DNA of 64,000 nucleotides from Candidatus Latescibacterota bacterium (GTDB lineage: Bacteria; Latescibacterota; UBA2968; UBA8231), in NCBI GenBank assembly GCA_965221775.1, contig CBDCSU010000006.1, positions 352,001-416,000 on the forward strand, written 5' to 3'. The notes below the pieces were generated by a model that was not told the origin of the DNA, ran no database searches, and saw only the letters and a program-made list of their open reading frames with translations. The position numbers and the translations under genes were made by a program. Below, piece after piece: positions 29,582-39,189 of this stretch. Within the stretch, counting starts at the first letter, position 1, and the number at the start of each line of letters is the position of its first letter.

Positions 29582-30091
29582 TCACTCCCGACTTTCCGGA
29601 CCTTGTCCGGCGTCGAGGTCGATTTCCCCGTTACGATACTCCTCCAAGACCTGCCGCGGACTCCTCTCGGGCGACGCGAAGGGATCGACCACCCGCAGGC
29701 CGTCGAGTACCTGCCCGTGCTGGAGGTCCTCGGTCAGCAGCACGGGAGTCTCGCTCGCCTGTGCGGCGGCCACGATGAGCGCGTCCCACCAGGAGAGGCG
29801 GAAGCGCTCCTCGATGAGCCAGGCTCGCCGCAGGACGGCAAGATCAATCTGGATCGGCTGCCACTTGAGGTAGTCGAGAACGATGTCACGCGCCCGGGCG
29901 GGATCGAGGCTCAGCTGCCGGCCCCGGATCAAGGTCGCATAGAACTCCTGCAACACCTGAAAGCTCAGCCGCCCTATTCGCTGGCGCCAGAGCAGTGTGT
30001 GCCACGTCTCGGCCCGGGCCTGCTTCACGGCATCCGAGCTGTCGTGCCGGTAGACCAGAACGTTGGTGTCAACGAAGACCGGGACGGTCAT
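29582..30091 (-). CDS. PIN-domain (VapC-like) toxin
   Basis: FVDTNVLVY, QVLQEFY, SWWDALIVAAA, LTEDLQHG. Confidence 0.92.
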   Translation of the reverse strand: MTVPVFVDTNVLVYRHDSSDAVKQARAETWHTLLWRQRIGRLSFQVLQEFYATLIRGRQLSLDPARARDIVLDYLKWQPIQIDLAVLRRAWLIEERFRLSWWDALIVAAAQASETPVLLTEDLQHGQVLDGLRVVDPFASPERSPRQVLEEYRNGEIDLDAGQGPESRE

Positions 30092-30311
30092 ACAACTCCT
30101 CACGCGTCGGCCTGCGGCCCTCCGGCCACTTGAGTTTGCGGGGCTTTCGGGCCAGAGCCCGGCGCATCGCCGCATCGTACTCGTCTTCCTGGCGCCGCAT
30201 TCGCTCGAGCAACTCGGCGATCCACCGGGAAACGCTGCGGTCGTCCTCGGCCGCCTTGACGCGCAACCAGCGGGCCAGATCCTCCGGCATGGCGATCGTC
30301 ACGTTCTTCAT
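30069..30311 (-). CDS. RHH/CopG-type antitoxin
   Basis: MKNVTIAMPE...SVSRWI...TREELYDR; overlaps the PIN gene. Confidence 0.85.
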   Translation of the reverse strand: MKNVTIAMPEDLARWLRVKAAEDDRSVSRWIAELLERMRRQEDEYDAAMRRALARKPRKLKWPEGRRPTREELYDRPGLR

Positions 30312-30351
30312 TGGCGAGTCATCCTCCCTTGAATGGCACGAAAATAAGGAT

Positions 30352-30366
30352 ACACGAGAATCGTGT
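30352..30366. promoter_or_regulatory. Palindromic operator upstream of the vapBC-like pair
   Basis: ACACGA-gaa-TCGTGT perfect inverted repeat about 40 nt upstream of the antitoxin ATG. Confidence 0.55.
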
Positions 30367-30466
30367 CACCCGGTCAGGGCTCAGTCCGCCCGAAGCCCTT
30401 CGCCTCGATCAGGACGCGGTGCACGGGGGCGCTCCGGCTGGGATCGACAGGGGCCTCCGGGGCTTT

Positions 30467-30495
30467 GAAGTACCGGAGCCTGTCTCCGGCACCTC
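30467..30495 (-). terminator. Hairpin after nadE
   Basis: Minus strand GAGGTGCCGGAG-acagg-CTCCGGTACTTC pairs fully with G-U pairs; no U tract. Confidence 0.45.
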
Positions 30496-30507
30496 CGCCG
30501 GCCGGAC

Positions 30508-32610
30508 TCACCCCCGCTCCGGCGGCCACCGCTCCAGGCCGCGGACCCGCTCCGCCAGCTCCCGCCAGCGGCGCGGGCGGTACGGCGGCACCTGCGTCTC
30601 GCGCAGGTCGAAGCCGAAGGCGCGCTTGCTGAGCACGATCAGCGGCGGTGACTGGATCCGCTTGAAGTAGCTGATCCGCAGCTGCTCCTCCACCCACTCC
30701 AGATCGTCGAGCCAGTCCCGGGGCGTGGGGAAGTAGTCGGCGAAGGTGCAGTCGCCGTCGCTCCCGCACCAGCCCAACTCGGCGAAGAGCCGCCCCTCCA
30801 GCAGCCACTGCATCAGGTCCGCCGGATGGCGGCGGTACTCGATGAGCTGGCGCAGCACGGCGTCGTGATAGCCGTACTTGATGGGATCGCCCTTGCCGCG
30901 CGTAACGTCCTGCTCGGCGGACAGCTCGGCGCTGGGCACGGTGGAGCGGTCGAGGAGGTTCCGGGGGATCACCTCCCTGCCGTAGACCTCGGCGTTGAGG
31001 TACTCCCCGACCTCGTAGACCTGCACCTTGTAGAGATCGGCGATGGGCGCCGCGGCGCCGGCGAGATCGCCGTAGAGGGTGGTGTAGCCGAGGGCCATCT
31101 CGGTCTTGTTGCCGTTGTTGGTGAACAGCAGGCCGTGCCTGGCGGCGAGGCCGGAGAGCACGTCGGAGCCGCGGATGCGGGCCTGCAGGTTCTCGTCCAC
31201 GAGCTGGCTGTAGTCGCCGGCCGAGCGCGGGAAGACCGCCTCGCGCACGACCTTGGAGACGGCGCCGTAGAGCTCCTCGATGGGCACGCTCAGGTAGTCG
31301 AGACCCAGTCTCTCCGCCAGGCCCTTGGCGTTGCCGCGGGTCACGGCGGCGTTGAAGCGGGTGGGCATGTTGACGGCGAAGACTCGTTCGGCGCCGAAGG
31401 CGCGCTCCAGGAGGCAGGCGACGACGCTGGAGTCGATCCCGCCCGACAGCCCCACGAGCCAGCGGTTGGCGCCGCCGCGGATGTGGTCGAGGTGGCGAAG
31501 TCCGGTGAGCACGGCGCCGTACACGGCCTCCACCTCCCGCGGCGCGGGCGCGGACAGCGGCTCCGAGACCGTCGGGGAGGAGTCCGCCTCCACCTCCGGG
31601 GACGCGGCGGGCGGCACCGGGACCGTGGTCGATGAACCCGCCTCGACCTTCCGAGACGCGCCGGCCGAAGCCTTCACGGAGACCCCGGGCAACGCATCCG
31701 CCGCGGCCTCGACCCGCGGCGGCTCCCCGCCGCCGGCGAAGACCAGCTCCTCGCGCCAGGGACGGGCCCGGGCGGCGATGGCGCCGTCGGGCTCGTACGC
31801 GGTGGTGTCGCCGTCGAAGACGAGGATGTTCTTGCCGTTGTTCTGGGCGCCCACGTGGTTCACGTACAAGAAGGGCAGGGGCGACTGCCGCAGGATCTCC
31901 CGCACCGTGCGGTTGCGCTTGTCGTTCTTCTGCCAGGTCCACGGCGACGAGGAGAGGTTGAAGACCGCCTCGGCGCCGGCGGCGGCGTAGCGCGAGAGGG
32001 TGTCGAGGACAGCGCCGTCCCAGCGGTAGTCGGCGCACCAGATGTCCTCGCACAGCTGCGCCCCGAAGCGGAAGCGCCCGCCCCCGCGGCGCGGCACCTC
32101 GAAGGGCACCGTCCAGTCGGAGAGGGGCCGCCCCTGCTCGTCGGCCAGCTTGCGCACCGAGTAGAAGTGCCGGTCGTCGTCGAAGAACCGGTAGTTGGGG
32201 TGCAGGGTCTTGGGCTGGCAGCCGGCCGGCAGCCCCGGCGGCAGGCCCGGGCGCTCGACCCAGCGGCCGTCGTGGCAGACGCGCGCCGTGTTGTACTTGC
32301 GCGGGCGCCCGTCCTCCCCGAGGGCGCCGGGGTCGCGGACGACGTTGCCGAAGAGGACGGTCACGCCGTCGCCGGCGGCGCGCACCTCCTCGCTGAAGGC
32401 GGCCCAGTCCTCGACGAGGGCGTCCACCTCCCAGAGGTCGCCGACGATGTACCCGGAGAGGCACATCTCCGGGAAGGCGACGATCTCGGCGCCGCCCTCC
32501 CGGGCCTGGGCGATCAGCCTTTGAACGCGGCGGGCGTTGGCCTCCGGCCGCCCCGGCAGCACCTCCATCTGCGCCAGGGCGATGCGCGGCAGCTGATGGA
32601 GGCGGGACAT
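30508..32610 (-). CDS. nadE: Glutamine-dependent NAD+ synthetase
   Basis: Nitrilase domain FPEMC, PKT, LCEDIW; synthetase GLSGGIDS, ENLQARIRG, GNKTE, GYTTLYGD, PSAEL. Confidence 0.93.
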   Translation of the reverse strand: MSRLHQLPRIALAQMEVLPGRPEANARRVQRLIAQAREGGAEIVAFPEMCLSGYIVGDLWEVDALVEDWAAFSEEVRAAGDGVTVLFGNVVRDPGALGEDGRPRKYNTARVCHDGRWVERPGLPPGLPAGCQPKTLHPNYRFFDDDRHFYSVRKLADEQGRPLSDWTVPFEVPRRGGGRFRFGAQLCEDIWCADYRWDGAVLDTLSRYAAAGAEAVFNLSSSPWTWQKNDKRNRTVREILRQSPLPFLYVNHVGAQNNGKNILVFDGDTTAYEPDGAIAARARPWREELVFAGGGEPPRVEAAADALPGVSVKASAGASRKVEAGSSTTVPVPPAASPEVEADSSPTVSEPLSAPAPREVEAVYGAVLTGLRHLDHIRGGANRWLVGLSGGIDSSVVACLLERAFGAERVFAVNMPTRFNAAVTRGNAKGLAERLGLDYLSVPIEELYGAVSKVVREAVFPRSAGDYSQLVDENLQARIRGSDVLSGLAARHGLLFTNNGNKTEMALGYTTLYGDLAGAAAPIADLYKVQVYEVGEYLNAEVYGREVIPRNLLDRSTVPSAELSAEQDVTRGKGDPIKYGYHDAVLRQLIEYRRHPADLMQWLLEGRLFAELGWCGSDGDCTFADYFPTPRDWLDDLEWVEEQLRISYFKRIQSPPLIVLSKRAFGFDLRETQVPPYRPRRWRELAERVRGLERWPPERG

Positions 32611-32626
32611 GCCGCGGCCGGTCCGC

Positions 32627-33766
32627 CTAGCCGGCGGCCACCGCCTCGCTGCGGCGGGCGGCGCGGATGCACTCGCCGAGCAGCAGGATGCCCTCGCGGA
32701 CGCTGTCCGCCGGCGCCTGTCCGAAGGCGAGACGGATGTTCGGCACGTCCTCGCCGCGCACGTGGAAGCCGCGGCCCCGGGCGAAGCGGACGCCGCGCTC
32801 GTCGGCCAGCTCCTGCAGGCGGTCGAGGTCGATGTCGTCGGGCAGCTTCACCCAGATGAACAGCCCGCCCACGGGACGCGACCACGTGCAGATGTCGCCG
32901 ACGCTCTCCTGCAGGCCGGCGAAGACGTCGTCCCGCTTGCGCTTGAGGGCGGCGTTGGTGCGCTCGCAGTGCTCCCAGAGACGACCGCGGAAGAACTCGG
33001 CCAGCACCGACGCGGCGAGCAGGCTGTTGCCGCCGTCGTAGCGCCGGTCGAGGACGCGCTGCAGCATCGGCGGCTGCGCCAGGATGTAGCCCATGCGCAC
33101 GCCGGGGCCCAGGATCTTGGAGAGGGAGCAGATGTAGATGTGGTCGGCCTCGGGGTCGAGGGCGTAGAGGGCGGGCGGCTTCGGCCCCTCGAAGTGGACG
33201 TCGCCGTAGCAGTTGTCCTCCACCAGGGGCACCCCGTGGCGGCGGGCCACCTCGATCAGCTCCAGGCGGCGGGCCCTCGGCATGACCGCCCCGGTGGGGT
33301 TCTGGTAGGTGGGCAGGGTGTAGACGAAGCACGCCGGCGTGCCGGCCCGCTCCAGCTCGTGCAGCCTGTCGTCGAGGGCGTCGGCGCGCAGGCCCTCCTC
33401 GTCGAGGGCGACGCCCTCCAGGCGCAGGCCGAGGCGGCGGTAGGCGCCGATCGTGCCCGAGTAGGTCAACTCCTCGCAGACGACCACGTTGTCGCCGCCG
33501 CCGGTGAGGGCCTCGGCCACCAGGGTCACCGCCTGCATGGAGCCGTTCATGAGGGAGATGTGGTCGGGCGATACCTCGATCCCCTCGCGGTCGGACTCGC
33601 GGGCCGCCATGACCTCGCGCAGACCGGGGTGGCCCAGATCGCCGGGGTACAGGGTGAAGCCCTCGCCCACGCCGGAGATCCCCCGGGCGGCGGCCTCGGC
33701 CAGCTCCGCCACGGGGAAGGTCTCGGGGTTCGTGCAGCCGCCGCCGAAGTCGTAAACGCCACTCAT
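32627..33766 (-). CDS. PLP-dependent class I aminotransferase (LysN/MocR-AAT-like)
   Basis: YQNPTG, EDNCY, SLSKILGPGVRMG, GGLFIW. Confidence 0.9.
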   Translation of the reverse strand: MSGVYDFGGGCTNPETFPVAELAEAAARGISGVGEGFTLYPGDLGHPGLREVMAARESDREGIEVSPDHISLMNGSMQAVTLVAEALTGGGDNVVVCEELTYSGTIGAYRRLGLRLEGVALDEEGLRADALDDRLHELERAGTPACFVYTLPTYQNPTGAVMPRARRLELIEVARRHGVPLVEDNCYGDVHFEGPKPPALYALDPEADHIYICSLSKILGPGVRMGYILAQPPMLQRVLDRRYDGGNSLLAASVLAEFFRGRLWEHCERTNAALKRKRDDVFAGLQESVGDICTWSRPVGGLFIWVKLPDDIDLDRLQELADERGVRFARGRGFHVRGEDVPNIRLAFGQAPADSVREGILLLGECIRAARRSEAVAAG

Positions 33767-33782
33767 CTGGAGATCTCCTGTC

Positions 33783-34796
33783 TCAGGTCAGCTCGAGCAA
33801 CTCGAGCCGTGGATTGTCGGTGCGGCCGGGGCGCCGGCCGCGCTTGGCCACGGGGAGGCCGTCCACCTCCTTCACGTCGGCGGTGAAGTCGACGGCCGGG
33901 GCGCCGCTGATGGCGCTGCCGACGCCGTACCCGTCCACCGGGGCGCCGGCCTCCCGGAAGGCGCGGATGCGCTCCGGCGTGATGCCGCCGGAGACGAGGA
34001 TCCTCACGCCGCCGTGACCGCCGGCGTCGAGCCGCGACCGCACGCGGGCCACCAGCTCGGGCGTGACCCCGCCCAACTCGGAGGGCGTGTCGAGACGCAC
34101 CGCCCACAGCCGCTCCCCCATCGCCTCGGCGACCCTGACGCTCTCCTCGGCCTCGTCGAGGAAGGTGTCCACCAGGACGGTGCGCCCCACCGCCGGATCG
34201 ATGTGCCGGTCGAAGGCGAAGGCCGCCTCAAGGGTGTCGCCGAAGAGCAGCACCAGGGCGTGGGGCAGGGTGCCCGTCGCCTCCAGGCCGGACAGGGCGG
34301 CGCCGGCCGGGGTGGCGCAGCCGCTGCAGCCGCCGACGACGGCGGCGTACTCCAGGCGCGGGCTGACGTCGGGATGGACGTGGCGGGCCCCGAAGTGGAC
34401 CACGGCCACCCCCCCGGCCTCGGCGACGCAGGCCGCCGCCGCCGTGGCCCATCCCGTCTCGCTGGCCAGGGCGCCGAGGAGGGCCGTCTCGTAGAGACCG
34501 AAGGCGCGGTACGGACCGGCGACGCGCAGCACCACCTCTCCCGGCTCGAACCAACAACCCTCCGGCAGTCGCTCCACGGAAGCCGCCGCGGCCCCGGCCA
34601 GGGCGCTGCGCAGCAACTGCTCCACCTCGCGCATGCCGCACAGCAGCGCCCGCCGGCGGGCGAAGACCTCGACCACCGCCGCCGGGTCCCGGCCCTCGGC
34701 CTCGAGGACCTGGCGCGAGCGCAGGAAGTAGACGTCGGCGTTCTCTCCCGTCAGAGTCGCCGGGGACGGCTCGAACCCCGGGGGAGCGGCCGGCAT
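33783..34796 (-). CDS. pncB: Nicotinate phosphoribosyltransferase (short type)
   Basis: DVYF, FGARHVHP, GTLPHA, LVDTF, VRLDTPS, VSGG, YGVGS, AKRG. Confidence 0.9.
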   Translation of the reverse strand: MPAAPPGFEPSPATLTGENADVYFLRSRQVLEAEGRDPAAVVEVFARRRALLCGMREVEQLLRSALAGAAAASVERLPEGCWFEPGEVVLRVAGPYRAFGLYETALLGALASETGWATAAAACVAEAGGVAVVHFGARHVHPDVSPRLEYAAVVGGCSGCATPAGAALSGLEATGTLPHALVLLFGDTLEAAFAFDRHIDPAVGRTVLVDTFLDEAEESVRVAEAMGERLWAVRLDTPSELGGVTPELVARVRSRLDAGGHGGVRILVSGGITPERIRAFREAGAPVDGYGVGSAISGAPAVDFTADVKEVDGLPVAKRGRRPGRTDNPRLELLELT

Positions 34797-34798
34797 GG

Positions 34799-35326
34799 TC
34801 AGCGGTTGGTGACCCGGGCGCCGAGGATCTTCTCCATGTGATCCAGGGCCCACTCGTGCTGCCGCGGGTCGAAGCTGGCCACGCAGTCGGCGGGCACCTC
34901 GACCTCGTAGTCGCGGTTGCGCAGCCCGGCCACCGTGTGCAGCACGCAGATGTCGGTGCAGTCCCCCATGACCACCACCCGCTCGGGGCCCAGCTGTTCG
35001 AGCTGCTCGGCCAGGTCGGTCTCGAAGAACGCGGAGTAGCGGCGCTTGACCACGCGCCTCGCTTCGGAGGCCAGGTCGGCGAGCTCGTCGATGATCTCTT
35101 CCTCGCCCGAGCCGGCCACGCAGTGGGGCGGGAACATCTTGAACTCGGCGTCGTCGGGCTCGTGGGTGTCCTGGGTGAAGAACAGGGCGGCGCCGGCGGC
35201 CTTCTCGCGCTCGACGCGGGAGCGCACCGGCGAGATGATCTGCCGCGCTCCCTCACCGCAGAACAGGGTGCCTCCGGGCTCCATGAAGCCCTTCTGCATG
35301 TCGACGATGATCACCGCGTTGGCCAT
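34799..35326 (-). CDS. pncA: Nicotinamidase (isochorismatase family)
   Basis: VDMQ, DTH, PPHCV, KRRYSAF, GDCTDICV; directly upstream of pncB. Confidence 0.85.
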   Translation of the reverse strand: MANAVIIVDMQKGFMEPGGTLFCGEGARQIISPVRSRVEREKAAGAALFFTQDTHEPDDAEFKMFPPHCVAGSGEEEIIDELADLASEARRVVKRRYSAFFETDLAEQLEQLGPERVVVMGDCTDICVLHTVAGLRNRDYEVEVPADCVASFDPRQHEWALDHMEKILGARVTNR

Positions 35327-35472
35327 GGGTGGTTCCTCCTGCGCCGCTAAGTTACGGCGGCCCTGCCCGGAGGGAAACGCAGTCGCGGGGCCGGTCCTCC
35401 CGCCCGGCGTCTTGACCGGTCGACCCGAAGGGCGCCGATTACGGCGGACACGACCGCGCTCGCAGCGAGGGG

Positions 35473-36951
35473 ATGGCGATGAGCACCGAGTTGTATCCCG
35501 GCAAGCACCTCTTCGTCGACGACTTCCGCATCCAGGAGATGCGCGCCGCCCGCCGCGTGTTGCACCAGCCGGTGAAGCACGCGGACAACCCGGTCCTGGG
35601 GACGGAGCGCCCCTGGGAGGAAACGGCGGTCCACGCCGGTCACTTCCTCCACGACGGGGACCGCGGCTGTTTCCGCCTGTGGTACACCTCCCAAGCCGGC
35701 ACCGTCATCGGCACGCGCGTGCTGGTCCGCGACAATCCTCCCAAGGAGGTCCGGGAGTCCCACATCTGCTACGCCGAGTCCGCCGACGGCGTCCACTGGG
35801 ACCGCCCGGACCTGGGGATCACCGCCCAACAGAGGTATCCCGGCAACAACATCGTCATCCCCTCCATGCGCCCGCCCGGCCGCGCCGAGTTGTCGCACTT
35901 GGTGGACGACCCCGCCGACCCCGACCCGGAGCAGCGCTTCCGCATGATCTACCTCGACCAGGCCGAGGACGGAGCCCCCGGCGGCGGCCTGGCGCCGGAT
36001 CAGAAGCTCCGCCTCCACGCCCACTCGGCCGACGGCATCCACTGGACCCGCACGCCGCGGCAGCAGGGAGGTCCCTCCCGTCTCTTCGGCGTCCTCGCCT
36101 ACCTCGACGAGGAGCCGCGGGGAGAGCTGCGGCCCGAGGCCCGCTACATCCTCTACGGCCAGCGCGGCTCCCCCTGGAAGACGCGCCAGATCGGGCGGCG
36201 GGACAGCGACGACTTCGTCCACTGGAGCGGCAACCGCCCCGTCCTGGAGAGCCGCCCCGGCGACACCCCCGGCCTGGAGTTCTACTACCTGCAGGGAGCG
36301 GTGCGGAACCAGACCTACGCCGGCCTTCACCTCGGCATGCTCGGCGCCTACCACGCCGACCTGCGGCGCAAGTACGACCCGGCGCGCAACGACGGCGTCA
36401 CCGACTGCCAGCTGGCCTGGAGCCGCGACTCGGTCCGCTGGGAGCGCTGGCCCGAGCCCTTCATCCCGCGCGGCGAGCCGGGCGCCTTCGACTGGGGCGG
36501 CGTCTACTGCGAGTACCCCGCCATCGCGGAGGACCGTCTCTACTTCCTGTACACCGGCGGCAGCACCTGGCACGGACAGCGGGGCACGTCCACCCTCGGC
36601 CTGGCCACGCTGCGGCTGGACGGCTTCGTCTCCGTGCAGAGCGAGGGTTTCACGGAAGGGGTGGTGGTCACGCGCCCCCATCACTGGCGGGCCCTCGAGC
36701 TGCGGGTCAACGTGCAGTCGCTGACCGGCGGCCTCAAGGCGCAGCTCGAGGACGAGACGGGCCGCGCCTTCGAGGGCTTCTCCACCGGGGACGTGGAGCC
36801 CGTCCGCGCCGACGCCGTGGACGCAGCAGTGAGCTGGAAGGGAAAGGCCCGCGACCTGCGCGAGCTGAAGGGCCGCATGGTGGCCCTGCGGTTCACCCTG
36901 GGACCGGAGGACCGGCTCTATTCCTACACGCTGGTGCCGGCCTGTACATGA
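35473..36951 (+). CDS. Five-bladed beta-propeller glycoside hydrolase-like protein
   Basis: HLFVDD, DNPVL, YAESADGVHW Asp-box-like repeats, SRDSVRW, LATLRLDGFVS, LYSY. Confidence 0.75.
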   Translation: MAMSTELYPGKHLFVDDFRIQEMRAARRVLHQPVKHADNPVLGTERPWEETAVHAGHFLHDGDRGCFRLWYTSQAGTVIGTRVLVRDNPPKEVRESHICYAESADGVHWDRPDLGITAQQRYPGNNIVIPSMRPPGRAELSHLVDDPADPDPEQRFRMIYLDQAEDGAPGGGLAPDQKLRLHAHSADGIHWTRTPRQQGGPSRLFGVLAYLDEEPRGELRPEARYILYGQRGSPWKTRQIGRRDSDDFVHWSGNRPVLESRPGDTPGLEFYYLQGAVRNQTYAGLHLGMLGAYHADLRRKYDPARNDGVTDCQLAWSRDSVRWERWPEPFIPRGEPGAFDWGGVYCEYPAIAEDRLYFLYTGGSTWHGQRGTSTLGLATLRLDGFVSVQSEGFTEGVVVTRPHHWRALELRVNVQSLTGGLKAQLEDETGRAFEGFSTGDVEPVRADAVDAAVSWKGKARDLRELKGRMVALRFTLGPEDRLYSYTLVPACT

Positions 36952-36952
36952 A

Positions 36953-36982
36953 GAAGGGCCCGGGAGTTGTCCCGGGCCCTCC
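36953..36982. terminator. GC hairpin between convergent genes
   Basis: AGGGCCCGGGA-gttg-TCCCGGGCCCT. Confidence 0.6.
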
Positions 36983-37093
36983 GAGCGACCGGCCCCGCCT
37001 CGATTGACGGCGTCGCGCCGCTATGCGGCCGGCCGATGGCCCCCAAGGAAAGAGGAAGAATCTTCCTCTGTCAAGGGACATGCAGGCCGCCGT

Positions 37094-37315
37094 TCAATCT
37101 TCCCGCCTGCTCTCGAAGTTGACCTCGTATCTCTCTGCGTCGATCTGATCGTGCGGCGGCTCGAGTCCGACCTCGAACAGGGTGGCGCGTCCATTGCCGA
37201 GAATGCCGTACCGCGTGGTGCTGGCCGAATCCAGGGCCCGGCCCTCCGCATCGAAGACGATGATCGTCATCTTGACGCCTTCATCGCTGTCGAAGCCGTC
37301 CCCGGAATTGCGCAC
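37094..37315 (-). CDS. Small hypothetical protein or gene remnant (Ig/FxLYD-like)
   Basis: AGGAGG 7 nt before GTG; VRNSG...IIVFDAEGRALD resembles FxLYD-type domains. Confidence 0.35.
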   Translation of the reverse strand: MRNSGDGFDSDEGVKMTIIVFDAEGRALDSASTTRYGILGNGRATLFEVGLEPPHDQIDAERYEVNFESRRED

Positions 37316-37326
37316 CAGCACTCCTC

Positions 37327-38196
37327 CTAAAGGAACCGGGTGATGCCGAAGCCGGTGCGCCAGTTGTCCGGCGCGGCGTCGTAAGGCGCTCCCACGAGAA
37401 ACTGCGACGGACTGAGGCGCGTGTTGTTGGTGGCGATGAGGTAGAAGGTGTGCCCGCCCGTATCGAGGGAGAGACCCCAGGCCAGCGAGTGGTGGGAGCG
37501 CCCGCTCTCGCCCGGAGACAGGATGCCCTGGTAGCCCGCCAGGGCGGGGCTGTATTCCACCAGGACTCCCCAGGCGTGGTTGAAGAAGTACTGGACATAG
37601 GTGCCCAGGGTGACGGTGTACTGGGGATCGACGCTGAAGATGGCGCTGTTGTAGACGCAGGAAGGCACCAGGCCCAGGCCCAGCCTGTCGTCCACCATCG
37701 TGTTGAGGACGAGCTGGCCGTAGTACTGGAAGTTGTCGGCCGCGAGGGCGCCCCGGTCGACGATGGCCGGGATGTCCGTGTTCCAGGCGGCGCCCGCGTT
37801 CAGGGCGAGGACGGCGGGGAAGCGATCGTGGCGGAACTGCAGCCACCGGTAGCGAAGCTGCAGGTCGTAGTTGTCCAGCACGTTGCTCCGCCCCAGGGTC
37901 AGCATCATGCGGCCGCTGATCCCGTAGCTGACGGACATGCGGATGTTGGCCGGCCCGTCGAAGCCGAAGTTGGCCTTGTAGCCCCTGTCGATGGGCGGCA
38001 GGAAGCGATGGGAGATCTCGTAGTGGAAGGTGCCCCGGTAGAGGGTTTCGGTGGTGGGATGGTTGGGCGTGACGAGGGCGCGGAACAACTCGACACCCGC
38101 CCCGGGAGAGGCGCTCGCCTGCCACGAGGGCTGGGCGCCGGCCAGGGCCGGAAGGAGCCCGAAGACGGCCGCAAGGCGGAGAATACGCAGTCTCAT
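37327..38196 (-). CDS. DUF5777-like outer-membrane beta-barrel protein
   Basis: Signal peptide; ISHRF, FGFDGPANIR, LDTGGHTF, C-terminal GFGITRF. Confidence 0.75.
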   Translation of the reverse strand: MRLRILRLAAVFGLLPALAGAQPSWQASASPGAGVELFRALVTPNHPTTETLYRGTFHYEISHRFLPPIDRGYKANFGFDGPANIRMSVSYGISGRMMLTLGRSNVLDNYDLQLRYRWLQFRHDRFPAVLALNAGAAWNTDIPAIVDRGALAADNFQYYGQLVLNTMVDDRLGLGLVPSCVYNSAIFSVDPQYTVTLGTYVQYFFNHAWGVLVEYSPALAGYQGILSPGESGRSHHSLAWGLSLDTGGHTFYLIATNNTRLSPSQFLVGAPYDAAPDNWRTGFGITRFL

Positions 38197-38774
38197 TCGT
38201 TCACCTCCGGTTCGGCAAGGGAGACCGAGACCTCCAGGTCGATCTTCTGGCTCACCTTGACGAAGGCGGCCAGGGAGGGAGCCTCGATGCCGTAGTCGGC
38301 CAGCTCTATCGAGAAGGCGGCCTCGACCTTGGAGCGCTCCCCTTCCACCACCACGAGGCCGGGCACGCCGATGGCGCGATCGACCCCGTGCAGGGACAGG
38401 GTGCCCCGGGTCTCGACACGAAGGGCGGTCACCGACGAATCGACGGCAGCCAGCCCGGTGATCTCCCCCTTGTACACCGCCTTGGGCCACTTGTCCGTGT
38501 CGAGGACCTCGCGCATGTCGCGGTCCCTCTTGCCTATGCCGCTGTCGAAGCTGGCCAGGTTCACCTCGAAGTGGAGCTGGCTGTTCTCCACCGAGAGGGA
38601 ATCCCCTTCCCAGTAGATGAAGCCGTCTATCTGGTCGGTCTCCCCGGTGAAGGTGAAGGCGGCCACGCTCGAGGTGTACTCGACCTGGTTCCCCCCGGCC
38701 TTCCTGTCCACGTGCCACTCGCCCCCCTCGACCGCGGCAGGAAGGCAGATCAGCAAGACAAGGAACCCGCGCAT
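38193..38774 (-). CDS. YceI-family protein
   Basis: Signal peptide; FDSGIGKRDRDM, GTLSLHGV, DYGIEAP. Confidence 0.85.
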   Translation of the reverse strand: MRGFLVLLICLPAAVEGGEWHVDRKAGGNQVEYTSSVAAFTFTGETDQIDGFIYWEGDSLSVENSQLHFEVNLASFDSGIGKRDRDMREVLDTDKWPKAVYKGEITGLAAVDSSVTALRVETRGTLSLHGVDRAIGVPGLVVVEGERSKVEAAFSIELADYGIEAPSLAAFVKVSQKIDLEVSVSLAEPEVNE

Positions 38775-38784
38775 CGGTCGGCCC

Positions 38785-39189
38785 TCAGTCCCTCGGGGCT
38801 CCCCTCTCGATCCAGGCGCGCACGATCTCGAGGGAAGCCTCATCCAGGTACGGCCCGCCGAGGGGCATGCGCCCGCCGGAGATCGGGGCCTCAGGCAACA
38901 GCTTGAGATACAGGTAGCTGCTGTCCGGAAGGCCCGGGTACACCAGGGGAAGACCTTGGGTGCTCTCGATGTCGACGATGTTCCCGTACGCCTTGCCGGC
39001 GGACAGGTCGGGCCAGGCGCTGCCGCCATGGCAGCCGCTGGAGGCGCACGAGACATCGAAGATCCGGGTCTGTACCCGCTCGAAGGTCGCCGGCCCTTCG
39101 GGGGCGGAATCGAAGACCATGTCCGTGGTGGTGGTCAGGTCGCAGGCCGCGGCGATCACCGTCAAGGCGAGCAGGAACAGCTTTCTCAT
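38785..39189 (-). CDS. Cytochrome c-like lipoprotein (CX4CH)
   Basis: Lipobox AAAC; IFDVSCASSGCHGG, VYPGLPDSSYL, RMPLGG, WIERGA. Confidence 0.72.
   Translation of the reverse strand: MRKLFLLALTVIAAACDLTTTTDMVFDSAPEGPATFERVQTRIFDVSCASSGCHGGSAWPDLSAGKAYGNIVDIESTQGLPLVYPGLPDSSYLYLKLLPEAPISGGRMPLGGPYLDEASLEIVRAWIERGAPRD

Noticed and set aside
30374-30470. VLIEAKG peptide suggesting a PD-(D/E)xK nuclease remnant
   Set aside because: Too short, no start or RBS; could be chance
35327-35472. Possible NAD riboswitch or NrtR site upstream of pncA
   Set aside because: No recognisable consensus by eye; needs an Rfam/Infernal scan
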